From: a virus
Lineage: Duplodnaviria; Heunggongvirae; Uroviricota; Caudoviricetes
Direction: 5' to 3' (one strand)
Length of the DNA stretch: 15,620 bases
Virus record (IMG/VR): IMGVR_UViG_2711768073_000008
Shown: positions 1 through 6,971 of the stretch, one piece after another
How the letters are laid out: each line of letters starts with the position of its first letter
Numbering within the stretch: the first letter of the stretch is position 1
Notes under the pieces: model-generated
Told to the model about the DNA's origin: nothing
Seen by the model: only the letters and a program-made list of their open reading frames with translations
Database searches by the model: none
Program-made: the position numbers and the translations under genes

Positions 1-377
1 TTGCCGTCACTGCATAAACCATCGGGAGAGCAGGCGGTACGCATACTTTCGTCGCGATAGATGATCGGTGATTCAGTAACATTCACGCCGGAAGTGAACT
101 CAAACAGGGCTCTGGCGTCGTTCTCGTACTGTTTTCCCCAGGCCAGCGCTTTAGCGTTAACTTCCGGAGCCACACCGGTGCAAACCTCAGCAAGCAGGGT
201 GTGGAAGTAGGACATTTTCATGTCAGGCCACTTTTTTCCGGAGCGGGGTTTTGCTATTACGTTATGAACTTCTGAAGCTGTGATGACGCCGAGCCGTAAT
301 TTGTGCCACGCATCATCCCCCTGTTCGACAGCTCTCACGTCGATCCCGGTACGCTGCAGGATAATGTCCGGTGTCAT
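1..377 (-). CDS. exo: Lambda exonuclease (Red-alpha), N-terminal part; gene continues beyond the window's left edge
   Basis: Minus-strand translation from the ATG at 375-377 reads [37 protein letters not shown]..., matching lambda Exo as recalled. Start overlaps the bet stop (ATGA). Partial ORF, so absent from the ORF track. Confidence 0.85.
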   Translation of the reverse strand, partial: MTPDIILQRTGIDVRAVEQGDDAWHKLRLGVITASEVHNVIAKPRSGKKWPDMKMSYFHTLLAEVCTGVAPEVNAKALAWGKQYENDARALFEFTSGVNVTESPIIYRDESMRTACSPDGLCSDG

Positions 378-1159
378 GCTGCCACCTTCTGCTCTGCGGC
401 TTTCTGTTTCAGGAATCCAAGAGCTTTCACTGCTTCGGCCTGTGTCAGTTCTGACGATGCGCGAATGTCGCGGCGAAATATCTGGGAACAGAGCGGCAAT
501 AAGTCGTCATCCCATGTTTTATCCAGGGCGATCAGCAGAGTGTTAATCTCCTGCATGGTTTCATCGTTTACCGGAGTGATGTCGCGTTCCGGCTGGCGTT
601 CTGCAGTGTATGCGGTATTTTCGACAATGCGCTCGGCTTCATCCTTGTCATAGATACCAGCAAATCCGAAGGCCAGGCGGGCACACTGAATCATGGCTTT
701 ATGCCGTAACATCCGTTTGGGATGCGACTGCCACGGCCCCGTGATTTCCCTGCCTTCGCGAGTTTTGAATGGTTCGCGGCGGCATTCATCCATCCATTCG
801 GTAACGCAGATCGGATGATTACGGTCCTTGCGGTAAATACGGCATGTGCAGGATTCGTTGTCCTGTTCAAAGTCCATGCCATCAAACTGCTGGTTTTCAT
901 TGATGATGCGGGACCAGCCATCAACGCCCACTACCGGAACGATGCCATTCTGCTTATCAGGAAAGGCGTAAATTTCTTTCGTCCACGGATTAAGGCCGTA
1001 CTGGTTGGCAACGATCAGTAATGCGATGAACTGCGCATCGCTGGCATCACCTTTAAATGCCGTCTGGCGAAGAGTGGTGATCAGTTCCTGTGGGTCGACA
1101 GAATCCATGCCGACGCGTTCAGCCAGCTTCCCTGCCAGCGTTGCGAGTGCTGTACTCAT
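374..1159 (-). CDS. bet: Bet (Red-beta) single-strand annealing recombinase, 261 aa
   Basis: ORF track 261 aa, [66 protein letters not shown]..., recognised as lambda Bet. Gene order exo-bet-gam as in lambda. Confidence 0.95.
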   Translation of the reverse strand: MSTALATLAGKLAERVGMDSVDPQELITTLRQTAFKGDASDAQFIALLIVANQYGLNPWTKEIYAFPDKQNGIVPVVGVDGWSRIINENQQFDGMDFEQDNESCTCRIYRKDRNHPICVTEWMDECRREPFKTREGREITGPWQSHPKRMLRHKAMIQCARLAFGFAGIYDKDEAERIVENTAYTAERQPERDITPVNDETMQEINTLLIALDKTWDDDLLPLCSQIFRRDIRASSELTQAEAVKALGFLKQKAAEQKVAA

Positions 1160-1548
1160 CCGTTTTATACCTCTGAATCAATATCAACCTGGTGGTGAGC
1201 AATGGTTTCAACCATGTACCGGATGTGTTCTGCCATGCGCTCCTGAAACTCAACATCGTCATCAAACGCACGGGTAATGGCTTTTTTGCTGGCCCCGTGG
1301 CGTTGCAAATGATCGATGCATAGCGATTCAAACAGGTGCTGGGGCAGGCCTTTTTCCATGTCGTCTGCCAGTTCTGCCTCTTTCTCTTCACGGGCGATCT
1401 GCTGGTAGTGACGCGCCCAGCTCTGAGCCTCAAGACGATCCTGAATGTAATAAGCGTTCATGGCCGAACTCCTGAAATAGCTGTGAAAATATCGCCCGCG
1501 AAATGCCGGGCTGATTAGGAAAACAGGAAAGGAGGTTAGTGAATGCTT
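1020..1548. repeat. Direct repeat copy 1 (~525 bp): gam plus the first 46 codons of bet
   Basis: Manual comparison with 2204..2727 at a fixed offset of 1184 bp: only two substitutions over the first ~440 bp, then about eight differences including one 1-bp indel in the last ~90 bp. Confidence 0.9.
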
Positions 1549-1581
1549 TTGCTTGATCTCAGTTTCAGTATTAATATCCAT
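1165..1581 (-). CDS. gam: Gam, RecBCD inhibitor (138-aa long form; internal start at 1461 gives the 98-aa GamS)
   Basis: ORF track 138 aa, [71 protein letters not shown]..., recognised as lambda Gam. Confidence 0.9.
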   Translation of the reverse strand: MDINTETEIKQKHSLTSFPVFLISPAFRGRYFHSYFRSSAMNAYYIQDRLEAQSWARHYQQIAREEKEAELADDMEKGLPQHLFESLCIDHLQRHGASKKAITRAFDDDVEFQERMAEHIRYMVETIAHHQVDIDSEV

Positions 1582-1679
1582 TTTTTATAAGCGTCGACGG
1601 CCTCACGAAACATCTTTTCATCGCCAATAAAAGTGGCAATAGTGAATTTTGTCTGGATAGCCATAAGTTTTTTATCCAT
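1536..1679 (-). CDS. kil: Kil (host cell-division inhibitor), 47 aa
   Basis: Internal Met of the 89-aa track ORF gives [47 protein letters not shown], close to lambda Kil as recalled. GGAG Shine-Dalgarno upstream on the minus strand (plus 1688-1691 ctcc). Confidence 0.7.
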   Translation of the reverse strand: MDKKLMAIQTKFTIATFIGDEKMFREAVDAYKKWILILKLRSSKSIH

Positions 1680-1812
1680 TTTTGGGGACTCCTGGCTGAT
1701 TAAGTATGTCGATAAGGCGTTTCCATCCGTCACGTAATTTACGGGTGATTCGTTCAAGTAAAGATTCGGAAGGGCAGCCAGCAACAGGCCACCCTGCAAT
1801 GGCATATTGCAT
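1672..1812 (-). CDS. cIII: CIII (FtsH/HflB inhibitor), 46-aa version
   Basis: Minus-strand translation from the ATG at 1810-1812 gives [46 protein letters not shown] then stop; AAGGAG SD upstream. Too short for the ORF track. Overlaps the kil start by 8 nt. Confidence 0.75.
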   Translation of the reverse strand: MQYAIAGWPVAGCPSESLLERITRKLRDGWKRLIDILNQPGVPKNG

Positions 1813-1835
1813 GGTGTGCTCCTTATTTATACATA

Positions 1836-1860
1836 ACGAAAAACGCCTCGAGTGAAGCGT
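1836..1860 (-). terminator. Possible intrinsic terminator (tL-type) between the chimeric ORF and cIII
   Basis: Plus strand acgcctcgagtgaagcgt (1843-1860) forms a ~7-bp stem with one G-U pair when read on the minus strand, followed there by a U-run (plus-strand A-run 1839-1843). Confidence 0.3.
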
Positions 1861-1884
1861 AATTGGTATGCGGTAACGCCGCGC

Positions 1885-2343
1885 TCAGGCGGCTTTGATA
1901 GTCATATCATCTGGATCAAATATTCCTGATGTATCGATATCGGTAATTCTTATTCCTTCGCTACCATCCATTGGAGGCCATCCTTCCTGACCATTTCCAT
2001 CATTCCAGTCGAACTCACACACAACACCATATGCATTTAAGTCGCTTGAAATTGCTATAAGCAGAGCATGTTGCGCCAGCATGATTAATACAGCATTTAA
2101 TACAGAGCCGTGTTTATTGAGTCGGTATTCAGAGTCTGACCAGAAATTATTAATCTGGTGAAGTTTTTCCTCTGTCATTACGTCATGGTCGATTTCAATT
2201 TCAAATGCGATGAACTGCGCATCGCTGGCATCACCTTTAAATGCCGTCTGGCGAAGAGTGGTGATCAGTTCCTGTGGGTCGACAGAATCCATGCCGACAC
2301 GTTCAGCCAGCTTCCCAGCCAGCGTTGCGAGTGCTGTACTCAT
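1885..2343 (-). CDS. Chimeric ORF: Bet N-terminal 46 aa fused in frame to 106 aa of an unrelated gene (sits in the position of ea10 upstream of cIII); possibly a rearrangement product or pseudogene
   Basis: ORF track 152 aa; first 46 aa identical to Bet (MSTALATL...DAQFIA), then FEIEIDHDVMTEEKLHQINNFWSDSEYRLNKHGSVLNAV... The junction coincides with the repeat boundary at 2204. An internal ATG at 2178 could start a 97-aa product instead. Confidence 0.5.
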   Translation of the reverse strand: MSTALATLAGKLAERVGMDSVDPQELITTLRQTAFKGDASDAQFIAFEIEIDHDVMTEEKLHQINNFWSDSEYRLNKHGSVLNAVLIMLAQHALLIAISSDLNAYGVVCEFDWNDGNGQEGWPPMDGSEGIRITDIDTSGIFDPDDMTIKAA

Positions 2344-2727
2344 CCGTTTTATACCTCTGAATCAATATCAACCTGGTGGTGAGCAATGGTTTCAACCATG
2401 TACCGGATGTGTTCTGCCATGCGCTCCTGAAACTCAACATCGTCATCAAACGCACGGGTAATGGCTTTTTTGCTGGCCCCGTGGCGTTGCAAATGATCGA
2501 TGCATAGCGATTCAAACAGGTGCTGGGGCAGGCCTTTTTCCATGTCGTCTGCCAGTTCTGCCTCTTTCTCTTCACGGGCGATCTGCTGGTAGTGACGCGC
2601 CCAGCTCTGAGCCTCAAGACGATCCTGAATGTAATAAGCGTTCATGGCTGAACTCCTGAAAATGGCTGTGAAAAAATCGCCCGCGGAATGCCAGGCTGAT
2701 TCGGAAAACAGGAAAGGGGATTAGTGA
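2204..2727. repeat. Direct repeat copy 2 (~525 bp): second gam plus bet 5' end, flanked by unrelated sequence
   Basis: Same alignment as copy 1. The left boundary falls exactly after bet codon 46; the right end degrades just past the GamS start region. Confidence 0.9.
2349..2645 (-). CDS. gam: Second copy of Gam, short form only (GamS, 98 aa)
   Basis: ORF track 98 aa, identical to residues 41-138 of the first Gam. AGGAG SD upstream; the long-form N-terminal extension is disrupted by substitutions and an indel in this copy. Confidence 0.8.
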   Translation of the reverse strand: MNAYYIQDRLEAQSWARHYQQIAREEKEAELADDMEKGLPQHLFESLCIDHLQRHGASKKAITRAFDDDVEFQERMAEHIRYMVETIAHHQVDIDSEV

Positions 2728-2927
2728 TTCAGACCGTTGCCGCGTCCGTCGAGAAAAACTTCCACGAGCAAATCACGGGTATAAGTGCGCTCGATGCCGC
2801 GATGCAGATAAAGCCGTCCGCGTAAATTAGCTGATGCAGTCCAGGTACCATCTTTGTGTTTGACCAGCATTCCTGGCATGACCGCACCTCGATTAACGGT
2901 CTGCGTTCCGTAATGTTGATGAACCAT
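2721..2927 (-). CDS. Hypothetical 68-aa protein in the pL operon
   Basis: ORF track 68 aa (MVHQHYGTQTVNRGAVMPGMLVKHKDGTW...). Good SD (caggag, ~5 nt spacing) upstream on the minus strand; same orientation as the leftward operon. No family recognised. Confidence 0.45.
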   Translation of the reverse strand: MVHQHYGTQTVNRGAVMPGMLVKHKDGTWTASANLRGRLYLHRGIERTYTRDLLVEVFLDGRGNGLNH

Positions 2928-3219
2928 AAAAACTCCTGCCCGTAAGCTGGGCTGCTGAACAAATAAGGGGTTGCGCAGTATCTGGCGGTGGATGGCCGCC
3001 GGTTGTCATAACTAAGTCGCCTCGTTGAAGCGACTGAGGTATGAAGTGTTGAGTTGATTTCAGCTGGTCACACCGACGTTCACGCGTCCGCTTCACCCCT
3101 CGCACTCCCCGGAGCCTGCTGAAATTCAAGCTGCGGATCTAAGCGGTCATCGCAACGGTGAATCAGGTGATTGCCGTATCGTTGTGTTGTTGCGATGAAT
3201 TCATTTAAAACTATAGTTG

Positions 3220-3290
3220 TTTTATCATCAACAACAAAAGTTGTTTTGTTGGTTGTTTTAGATATAACTGGTTGTATTTAGGATGGATTT
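3220..3290 (-). promoter_or_regulatory. Putative OL/pL operator-promoter region
   Basis: TGGTTGT at 3250-3256 and 3269-3275 plus a degenerate ACAACAA near 3230, the same half-site seen between the repressor and cro genes. AT-rich non-coding DNA at the position expected for pL. Confidence 0.35.
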
Positions 3291-3368
3291 ATTTTGTGAC
3301 TTGCATCGCATAGCGATAACCGAAGCGGGGTTGTGGTGGTTTTTTGAACGGTGTGTGATGAGGGGAGG

Positions 3369-3396
3369 CAAAAGAAAACCCGGCACGACGGCCGGG
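3369..3396 (-). terminator. Intrinsic terminator downstream of the 287-aa cargo gene
   Basis: Perfect 6-bp GC stem cccggc (3379-3384) / gccggg (3391-3396) with a 6-nt loop; on the minus strand it is followed by a U-rich tract (plus-strand caaaagaaaa 3369-3378). Lies 4 nt past the ORF stop. Confidence 0.6.
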
Positions 3397-3400
3397 GAAA

Positions 3401-4264
3401 TCATTTCGCATCTACAATAAATAACCTGTTTATCTGGCCTTTTTTAACAGTAGCCTTTGCGGTTATAGTGAATACTGCAGATGGATCACCTTTGGTTGAT
3501 ATATATGCACTAAGAGCTCTAATATACGGGTTATTCTTCTTTCCTGCAGCTGGATCGCTAATTTCAGCAGTGATTCTCTTTTTTGAGTCATCACCATCTA
3601 AAATTATTTTAGCTGTCATATTTTGTGCATCAAATTCTGTAAGAAAAGCACGATACTCACGAAGACCGAGAACTTCATCATCATCAAGCCTATCAATTTC
3701 AGCTTTATCTCTCTCGTTAACTTTTAGAAGGCAGCCGTCAACATTTGTTGCAACACTTATCTGATCGCAAGTATTACCAATAGGTGATACTGCCTGCCTT
3801 ACAGAGGGGCGAAGCTCTACAGCCATTCGGTCAATCAAAGAGATCAACTTATCAATGGTTCCAGCATCCTTGTTTCCTAGTGCCTCTATGGCCTTTTCAA
3901 GTGACTGCTGCAAAGCTTTCATTTCATCTTTCTTGTTAGAATTTCTCGCAAAAATATATTGTAGTATTGCGCCAAGTATAGTTGCGGCGATCCCCGAGAA
4001 CAACTGGTTCTGAGTGGCGAAGTTAAGAACTGCTTCAAGAGTAAAGCAGTTAGCTTTTGCTTCGCGTGCGTAAACCTTAACTTCCTGATAATTAATGTAT
4101 TTACTATATTTTTGTGTAACAGAGAAAGAAGCTGCTGTTGAGAGAACTTTAGAAAAACCCTTTAGGGATTCTCCTAGGCAGTTCAAATCTATTTCATGAT
4201 TTAAAGCATCTTTTCCGTCATACCTAAGAGAGATTTTTATATCCTGTAAAGCGTCACAATCCAT
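3401..4264 (-). CDS. Uncharacterised 287-aa protein, AT-rich cargo gene in the position lambda uses for rexAB
   Basis: ORF track 287 aa with no recognisable family or catalytic motif. Central hydrophobic stretch [20 protein letters not shown]. Co-directional with and directly downstream of the repressor gene; ends in its own terminator. Confidence 0.75.
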   Translation of the reverse strand: MDCDALQDIKISLRYDGKDALNHEIDLNCLGESLKGFSKVLSTAASFSVTQKYSKYINYQEVKVYAREAKANCFTLEAVLNFATQNQLFSGIAATILGAILQYIFARNSNKKDEMKALQQSLEKAIEALGNKDAGTIDKLISLIDRMAVELRPSVRQAVSPIGNTCDQISVATNVDGCLLKVNERDKAEIDRLDDDEVLGLREYRAFLTEFDAQNMTAKIILDGDDSKKRITAEISDPAAGKKNNPYIRALSAYISTKGDPSAVFTITAKATVKKGQINRLFIVDAK

Positions 4265-4330
4265 AAATCGCTCTCGTCTAATTCTAATTAAATTTACTAT
4301 CCCCTAAACGACTCATCAGCACAGTACTGA

Positions 4331-5020
4331 TTATCCATGTTTCCTGTACGTCTGGGGCATGCTCCCAATAACCTTACCGAAGATGAACACCCGGTTCATC
4401 TCGTCTTTCTCGATCGGGTCCCACGGTGAGTAGCTCTTGTTATCAGAGATAACCAGCAGCTTATCCTTCATCATTTGCAGGCGCTTTACATGGGCGGTGT
4501 CGTCGTACAGAAACGCATAGATGCCATCACCGTCGAAAGATTTAACCGTGATATCAACGAACAGCAGATCACCTGGTTCGATCGTTCCTGACATGCTGTC
4601 ACCACGCACGTTAATGATGCGGATATTTTCTGCCTTCCTACCATCGAACATGTGACGAGCATCGTCAAACGAGTACTCAACCGAGCGTAGAACTTCTACA
4701 AACTCACGGTTGATGACTCCCGGCCCGGCACTCACTTCTATATCAAGAACGTCAATCTTAAAGTATTTGGAATGGCTGACAGTTGATTGTATTGGTTGCA
4801 CTGTACTGTCTGACATATTTCCAACGCCAGAAGATAACCATTCTGCGCGCACACCCAAAGCGTTCGCGATCTCCACGATTTTAGTTGTTTGGTTAGCTTT
4901 CCCTGTTTCGATTTTCTGAATAGCAGCTTGGCTAACCCCGACCAAATCCCCAAGCGCCTTTTGTGTAAGGCCTCGCGCTAATCTGGCTTCTTTAAGTCTT
5001 TCTGAGAGTGTTGTTTTCAT
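4331..5020 (-). CDS. CI-like prophage repressor (N-terminal HTH, C-terminal S24 LexA-like autopeptidase), 229 aa from the ATG at 5018-5020
   Basis: MKTTLSERLKEARLARGLTQKALGDLVGVSQAAIQKIETGKANQ (HTH); candidate Ala-Gly cleavage site in EVSAGPG; GDSM serine and AHVKRL lysine motifs. The track ORF (to 5086) has a 22-aa N-terminal extension that is probably not translated; no SD precedes the ATG, so the transcript may be leaderless. Confidence 0.85.
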   Translation of the reverse strand: MKTTLSERLKEARLARGLTQKALGDLVGVSQAAIQKIETGKANQTTKIVEIANALGVRAEWLSSGVGNMSDSTVQPIQSTVSHSKYFKIDVLDIEVSAGPGVINREFVEVLRSVEYSFDDARHMFDGRKAENIRIINVRGDSMSGTIEPGDLLFVDITVKSFDGDGIYAFLYDDTAHVKRLQMMKDKLLVISDNKSYSPWDPIEKDEMNRVFIFGKVIGSMPQTYRKHG

Positions 5021-5124
5021 AGTCCAAATGTACAACCAAGGTTTTATTTCATCAAACGAAAATGGTTGTTGGCTAAAAACAACCATAGTTTTAATCTTGA
5101 TTCAAATTAACCACGGAGGTTGTT
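5021..5124. promoter_or_regulatory. OR-type operator/divergent promoter region between repressor and cro-like genes
   Basis: Repeated half-sites: ACAACCA 5032-5038, TGGTTGT 5063-5069, ACAACCAT 5079-5086, GGTTGTT 5116-5122. Contains a perfect 9-7-9 palindrome atggttgtt-ggctaaa-aacaaccat (5062-5086). Confidence 0.6.
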
Positions 5125-5355
5125 ATGAACCCAGCTATCAAAACAGCGATCAATATCGTTGGTTCACAAAAGAAACTGGGCGCTGCCTGCGAAGTTTCAC
5201 AGCAGGCCGTCTATAAGTGGCTTCACAACAAAGCAAAGGTATCCCCTGAACATGTCGGCAGCATTGTTACGGCTACTGGTGGAATAGTGAAGGCATACCA
5301 GATTCGCCCGGATCTTCCGAAGTTGTTTCCACATACCGAAAAGAACGCAGCTTAA
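5125..5355 (+). CDS. Cro-like HTH regulator (76 aa)
   Basis: ORF track 76 aa, MNPAIKTAINIVGSQKKLGAACEVSQQAVYKWLH (HTH). GGAGG SD 6 nt upstream; divergent from the repressor. Confidence 0.8.
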   Translation: MNPAIKTAINIVGSQKKLGAACEVSQQAVYKWLHNKAKVSPEHVGSIVTATGGIVKAYQIRPDLPKLFPHTEKNAA

Positions 5356-5367
5356 ATTTCCATTTCA

Positions 5368-5380
5368 CGCTCTTTAACAA
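5368..5380 (+). promoter_or_regulatory. boxA-like element (CGCTCTTTAACAA), possible nutR component
   Basis: Matches the rrn/nut boxA consensus GCTCTTTAACAA, located just downstream of cro where lambdoid nutR lies. No convincing boxB hairpin follows. Confidence 0.4.
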
Positions 5381-5424
5381 TAAGCAATCAACTTAGCAGT
5401 CAATTCAAACTAAAGGAGTCAATT

Positions 5425-5964
5425 ATGCAACAACTTACATACCAACAGACTAGCGGATTTAGCCCGACTGCGGTGATAAATCGTTCTCAAACAAAACAGG
5501 TGCCAGGCCACGAAAAAATCCGTGATGCCGTCCGCGCCTGGTCGGCTGAAGATAATCAGGATGTCGTTGCCACACTCATTGTGAATGAGTATCGGGAGCA
5601 GGGCGGCGGCACCATCGATTTCCCTGATGATGTCAGCCGTGCACGCCAGAAGCTGTTCCGCTTCCTCGATAACAAATTCGATTCTGAAAAATACCGAAAT
5701 AACGTGCGTGAACTGACCCCGGCAATTCTGGCGGTACTACCGCTGGAATATCGCGGCCACCTGGTTGAGCAGGATAGCTACATGGCTCGGCTGGCTGAAA
5801 TGGAAAAGGAACTCAGTGAGGCAAAACAGGCTGTCATTCTCAACGCACCACGCCACCAGAAACTGAAGGAGATGAGTGAAGGCATTGTGTCGATGTTTCG
5901 TGTGGACCCGGATCTGGCTGGTCCACTGATGGCGATGGTCACCACCATGCTGGGGGCAATATGA
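5425..5964 (+). CDS. YdaT-like / phage CII(CP76)-like regulatory protein (179 aa)
   Basis: ORF track 179 aa. Motifs NEYREQGGGTIDFP and ELTPAILAVLPLEYRGH resemble Rac-prophage YdaT as recalled. Position immediately downstream of cro; good SD (aaggag). Confidence 0.6.
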   Translation: MQQLTYQQTSGFSPTAVINRSQTKQVPGHEKIRDAVRAWSAEDNQDVVATLIVNEYREQGGGTIDFPDDVSRARQKLFRFLDNKFDSEKYRNNVRELTPAILAVLPLEYRGHLVEQDSYMARLAEMEKELSEAKQAVILNAPRHQKLKEMSEGIVSMFRVDPDLAGPLMAMVTTMLGAI

Positions 5965-6041
5965 CAGGTTCAGAAATGGCGAAAGCCGGTCTGCGCGAAC
6001 AGAACCGACTTTCAGGTGCAACACTCATTGCGGGAGGAATT

Positions 6042-6971
6042 ATGGCAAACACTGCTGAGATATTCAATTTTCCAGTGCCGGATGTGGCACAAAAGGAGCC
6101 GCGCGTGGCAGATCTCGATGATGGTTATACGCGCATTGCAAATGAGTTGCTGGAAGCTGTAATGCTGGCCGGATTAACACAGCACCAGCTTCTGGTCTTC
6201 CTGGCTGTCATGCGTAAAACATATGGCTTTAATAAAAAACTGGATTGGGTGAGCAACGAGCAACTTTCCGAGTTGACCGGGATATTGCCGCACAAGTGTT
6301 CTGCTGCAAAAAGTGTTCTGGTAAAGCGTGGGATTTTTATTCAGAGCGGGCGGAATACCGGCATTAATAATGTGATCAGTGAATGGTTAACATTACCCGA
6401 ATCAGGTAAGAAAAATAAAGTTTACCTGAAAGAGGTAAATTTACCTGAATCAGGTAAGAAAATTTTACCCAAATCAGGTAAAGACGTTTACCCGAATCAG
6501 GTAAATACAAAAGACAAACTAACAAAAGACAATATAAAACCTTTTTCGTCCGAGAATTCTGTCGAATCCTCTGACCAGCCAGAAAACGATCTTCCTGTGG
6601 TGAAACCGGATGCTGCAATTCAGAGCGGCAGCAAGTGGGGGACAGCAGAAGACCTGACCGCCGCAGAGTGGATGTTTGACATGGTGAAGACCATTGCGCC
6701 ATCAGCCAGAAAACCGAATTTTGCAGGGTGGGCTAACGATATCCGCCTGATGCGTGAACGTGACGGACGTAACCACCGCGACATGTGTGTACTGTTCCGC
6801 TGGGCATGCCAGGACAACTTCTGGTCCGGTAACGTGCTGAGTCCGGCCAAACTCCGCGACAAGTGGACCCAGCTCGAAATCAACCGTAACAAGCAACAGG
6901 CAGGCATGATAGCCAGCAAACCAAAACTCGACCTGACAAACACTGACTGGATTTACGGGGTGGATTTATGA
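6042..6971 (+). CDS. O: Replication initiator O (mosaic: divergent N-terminal origin-binding half, lambda-like C-terminus), ~309 aa from the ATG at 6042
   Basis: MANTAEIFNFPVPDVAQKEPRVADLDDGYTRIANELLEAV parallels lambda O (...ERNVADLDDGYARLSNMLLEA...); C-terminal ...DNFWSGNVLSPAKLRDKWTQLEINRNKQQ... is lambda-like. GGGAGG SD at 6032-6037. The track's upstream start (5961) would overlap the preceding gene. Confidence 0.85.
   Translation: MANTAEIFNFPVPDVAQKEPRVADLDDGYTRIANELLEAVMLAGLTQHQLLVFLAVMRKTYGFNKKLDWVSNEQLSELTGILPHKCSAAKSVLVKRGIFIQSGRNTGINNVISEWLTLPESGKKNKVYLKEVNLPESGKKILPKSGKDVYPNQVNTKDKLTKDNIKPFSSENSVESSDQPENDLPVVKPDAAIQSGSKWGTAEDLTAAEWMFDMVKTIAPSARKPNFAGWANDIRLMRERDGRNHRDMCVLFRWACQDNFWSGNVLSPAKLRDKWTQLEINRNKQQAGMIASKPKLDLTNTDWIYGVDL
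6392..6505. repeat. Replication origin iterons inside O (five ~18-bp TTACC-N-AATCAGGTAA repeats, one degenerate), followed by an A/T-rich tract to ~6550
   Basis: ttacccgaatcaggtaag (6393-6410), ttacctgaaagaggtaaa (6422-6439, degenerate), ttacctgaatcaggtaag (6441-6458), ttacccaaatcaggtaaag (6466-6484), ttacccgaatcaggtaaa (6488-6505). Each is an internal inverted repeat. The layout mirrors ori-lambda inside O. Confidence 0.75.

Noticed and set aside
280-653. Plus-strand ORFs (88 and 116 aa) overlapping exo and bet
   Set aside because: They lie antisense to, or out of frame with, the well-supported exo and bet genes, and have no SD or recognisable protein features; they are consistent with chance ORFs inside coding DNA.
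1536-1805. 89-aa track ORF (MPLQGGLLLAALP...)
   Set aside because: It is the kil frame artificially extended upstream through the cIII coding region in a different frame. The real genes are kil (from the ATG at 1679) and cIII (1672..1812).
4331-5086. 251-aa version of the repressor ORF, with the 22-aa N-terminal extension MVVFSQQPFSFDEIKPWLYIWT
   Set aside because: The extension runs into the operator region and adds a hydrophobic leader with no parallel in CI-like repressors. The HTH domain begins at the internal Met (MKTTLSERLKEARL), so the start at 5020 is preferred.
5961-6041. Upstream extension of O (MTGSEMAKAGLREQNRLSGATLIAGGI)
   Set aside because: It would overlap the preceding gene and has no SD, whereas the ATG at 6042 has a GGGAGG SD and aligns with the lambda O N-terminus.
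6392-6505. Possible CRISPR array (regularly spaced ~18-bp repeats)
   Set aside because: Only five copies, separated by 2-12 bp rather than ~30-bp spacers; they lie inside the O coding sequence and are followed by an A/T-rich tract, the classic lambdoid origin-iteron arrangement.
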